This document shows positions 61,491 through 64,000 of a stretch of 64,000 nt of DNA, in pieces. A program made the translations under genes and the position numbers. Under the pieces are notes generated by a model, which ran no database searches, was not told the DNA's origin, and was given only the letters and a program-made list of their open reading frames with translations. Numbering within the stretch: the first letter of the stretch is position 1; every line of letters starts with the position of its first letter. This DNA is from Haliotis cracherodii (taxonomy: Eukaryota), in contig NW_027266286.1 of NCBI RefSeq assembly GCF_022045235.1, positions 744,001-808,000 of the forward strand, given 5' to 3'.

Positions 61491-64000
61491 TCTGTCTCAG
61501 TGTAATATGATTCTCTGTTGAGGTTCTGGTGCTATAGGAAGACACGCTGGGTATGTTGACAACCGCGGAGTGGGCTGGAGTAGGGGGACAACAGGATGCC
61601 GCTACCAATGTGATATAGTTTCACTTCTATTGATTCTGCCATTTGGCCAGTATTAATATTTAACTGAGTTATGTTCATTCTAATTGTGCTTGGCAAATCA
61701 CTTCTGTCTGAATTAGTTGCATATGGAAATAGATTTTATTTTGTTTCAGTACAATACAGGAACTATTTATAATCTGTTGTTGTTTTTTTCACAGTTCCAC
61801 ACTAGATTGAATTGCACTGACACAACCAAATACAGAAATTAATATTTCATTGCTGTTACTTTCAGGTTAGGATTCATTCTCTCATTGTCAAAAGGAGTTA
61901 TTTATTAATGTGGTAATAGATCGATCAGGTGCTTAATTGCAACTGAAACTGTATACTCTATACACTTTTAAATATTTGAAAATAGTGGCAGAAAATATTT
62001 TTTAGATATGTTTTGAAATTTTTCATGAAAAAGTATGTAAACTTTTACATGCATTTTTTCAAAAGAAAAGAAACAAACAAATACTTTACAGACTTGGTTA
62101 ATGAGAATATGAATTAAAAAAAATCAAATCTCTCTGTTCCTATTAATGGAAAAATTTCAAAGAGGCATAGAGTCCTCCCTACCTTCAGGAGGTGTACTCC
62201 GTTACTCCGTGTAGACAGTGTGACTACATCCGACTCTGGCCTCCCGGTATTCCCTACAACCACCTCCTAGCTGCCGACCACATTGGCTACAGACAGGTGT
62301 TCCAACTGTCCAAGTTGGCAGAGCTGTGTCGGAGGAGGCAGACAGAACTGTCCCTCCCTCTCCCTCTCAGCGCGTGTGGCCCAGTCTCTGTATTACAGTA
62401 AATTGTAGCACGTTTACTGCCTTGATAAGGGCTATAAACCAGACATGCCTGTGTTGAAGGCTTTCTGCTTGTTTAAGTCCACTTCAAGTTTGTCTGTCAC
62501 AGCCTGTTAGAAATTGTCAGCTTCAGGCAGAGATACGACATAAATCCTGAAATGCATGTGGCATGAGGTGCATGTTGACGCACTTACCATTTTGTTTTTT
62601 GTTTTTCAAATACTTGTCTTCTCTCTCAGTTCATAATTTCACAGTCGTTCACAGTATATCTGTGAAGTTGTCACAGAAAATTTGTCCAATTTATGAAAGT
62701 TCAACAAAAAGCATTATTTTAACAGTAACAGTTATTTCCTAATCAGTGGTTGGTATAATGTAGCAATTCATCCGTCATCTATGTGAGAAATAGTAAGCTC
62801 ACTTACATTGATGAAGCTGCTGTCACTACAGGCCTCACAGGTCTTTCCTCCCCCCGTTTTAGTCTTGAAATCCCCCACCGTTAAAACACAATACTCTCTT
62901 CCTCGTCAAGCTCCGCAACCTGGACTTAACATGGACTCTCTATCATTAGCATCAGTCCATCGAGTTTAGGAGCTCACAAACAACTGGATGATCGCTCATG
63001 GTTGGGGATTATGAGAATATGATGGCAGGAGCAGGCTTGAAATTTCCTTCATTAATAATGTACACTGGTATAATTCTCAAGCAGCCGTGTACAGGAAGAA
63101 GCCTGTCAATATTAGGACAGCACAATTACCTACATCAGCGTCACATGCTGCTGAAGACATCGCTCCACTTAGAGGGAGGGACTCCTTCTTCATTAACTTT
63201 ATATGGTGTGGTCCCCATGTCACCAGCGCCGGAGCAGACAATTGAGGCTGCACCAATCAGAGCAGGGACTGGCTCCACGCATTGTCGTCCAACTTCCCAT
63301 GTGGATGTCTCTTGATTTGTTCATTTCACTTGAGACTGTAGGGGGCTAGTTATGCTAATGCTTGTTTTCACATAGCTCATTTGCATAACGACCACGGAAA
63401 TTCCAGATCTGTTTCTGCTGAGCAGTGTGTTATACCGCTGTGACTTTTGACTGTTTCACAGTGATTTCATTTTCATTTTGTGACTAAAAATACATCCAAT
63501 AGTTTACATAGTAAATGCTATAAACAAGGGACATCCAAACATTGTATTTCTTCCTACAAATACATTGTTTCAAGTGAGAGATGGGAGTGCCTACTATGCA
63601 GTCACAGCAAACCCAGAAGCCATGGCCTCGGTGTTCCCAACATCAGGTTCCCGACCTGGGTGTTCCCGGGGCTGAATTAACCATCAGCGTGTATGTTCAC
63701 TTCACAAGTAAACAAATTGCTTCAGTTTTCAAAAGGAGAAGTTATGTTCATTGAGATATGCATATTCATATTTCATGAGAGGCAGCTGGTTTGTACAGCC
63801 GATGAAACAATGTCCCCAGCAGACCGAGGTGAGTTTCCCACCCCAGATATATATGTGGGGACTTGCGTTCTAATCCCTGCTGTATATGAGGACTATAGCT
63901 GCTACAGCAAGGTAGCATTACTAACAAGGAAGCTAACTGTCTCACGTACATATATATGGCCTCTGCTCCTCTCTCAGATCAACTGAGTAAATCTGACACT

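Noticed and set aside
57915-61521. Pro/Ser-rich ORFs of 300-750 aa resembling extensin or mucin
   Set aside because: All three plus frames are open and cycle through the same peptides because the C-rich unit lacks stops. This is typical of non-coding satellite.
63799-63834. 30-nt plus-strand micro-exon ending GAG|gtgagt
   Set aside because: The donor is good but the acceptor is weak and there are no partner exons in the window.

Overview
This is eukaryotic (metazoan) genomic DNA, not prokaryotic. From recall, the SINE families resemble those of a gastropod mollusc such as abalone; that is an unverified inference. There is one clear protein-coding gene: an intron-free CDS on the minus strand (32157-33677) encoding a type II membrane glycosyltransferase of CAZy family GT92 (DUF23, GALT-1-like), with a strong splice acceptor about 610 nt upstream of its ATG. 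Roughly 40% of the window (about 26 kb by hand estimate) is more than 20 distinct minisatellite arrays with units of 12-58 bp. These arrays account for nearly all the long ORFs in the supplied track, which I treat as spurious. The rest holds about four SINE families (several copies with intact target-site duplications), hAT-, Tc1/mariner- and Harbinger-like MITEs, a probable fossil LINE endonuclease region, and a candidate bidirectional promoter near 1.6-1.9 kb. Three observations stand out. (1) A 93-bp insert with a 12-bp TSD lies inside a SINE and carries a minimal type I hammerhead ribozyme (U3:A8 core variant) followed by AATAAA, typical of Penelope-like elements. (2) At least four minisatellites can be traced to segments of resident SINEs or MITEs bounded by short internal direct repeats. 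(3) Three SINE families share a common 3' tail. I see no convincing new protein-based system. Array boundaries are approximate (about +/-20 bp) and copy numbers are hand estimates.
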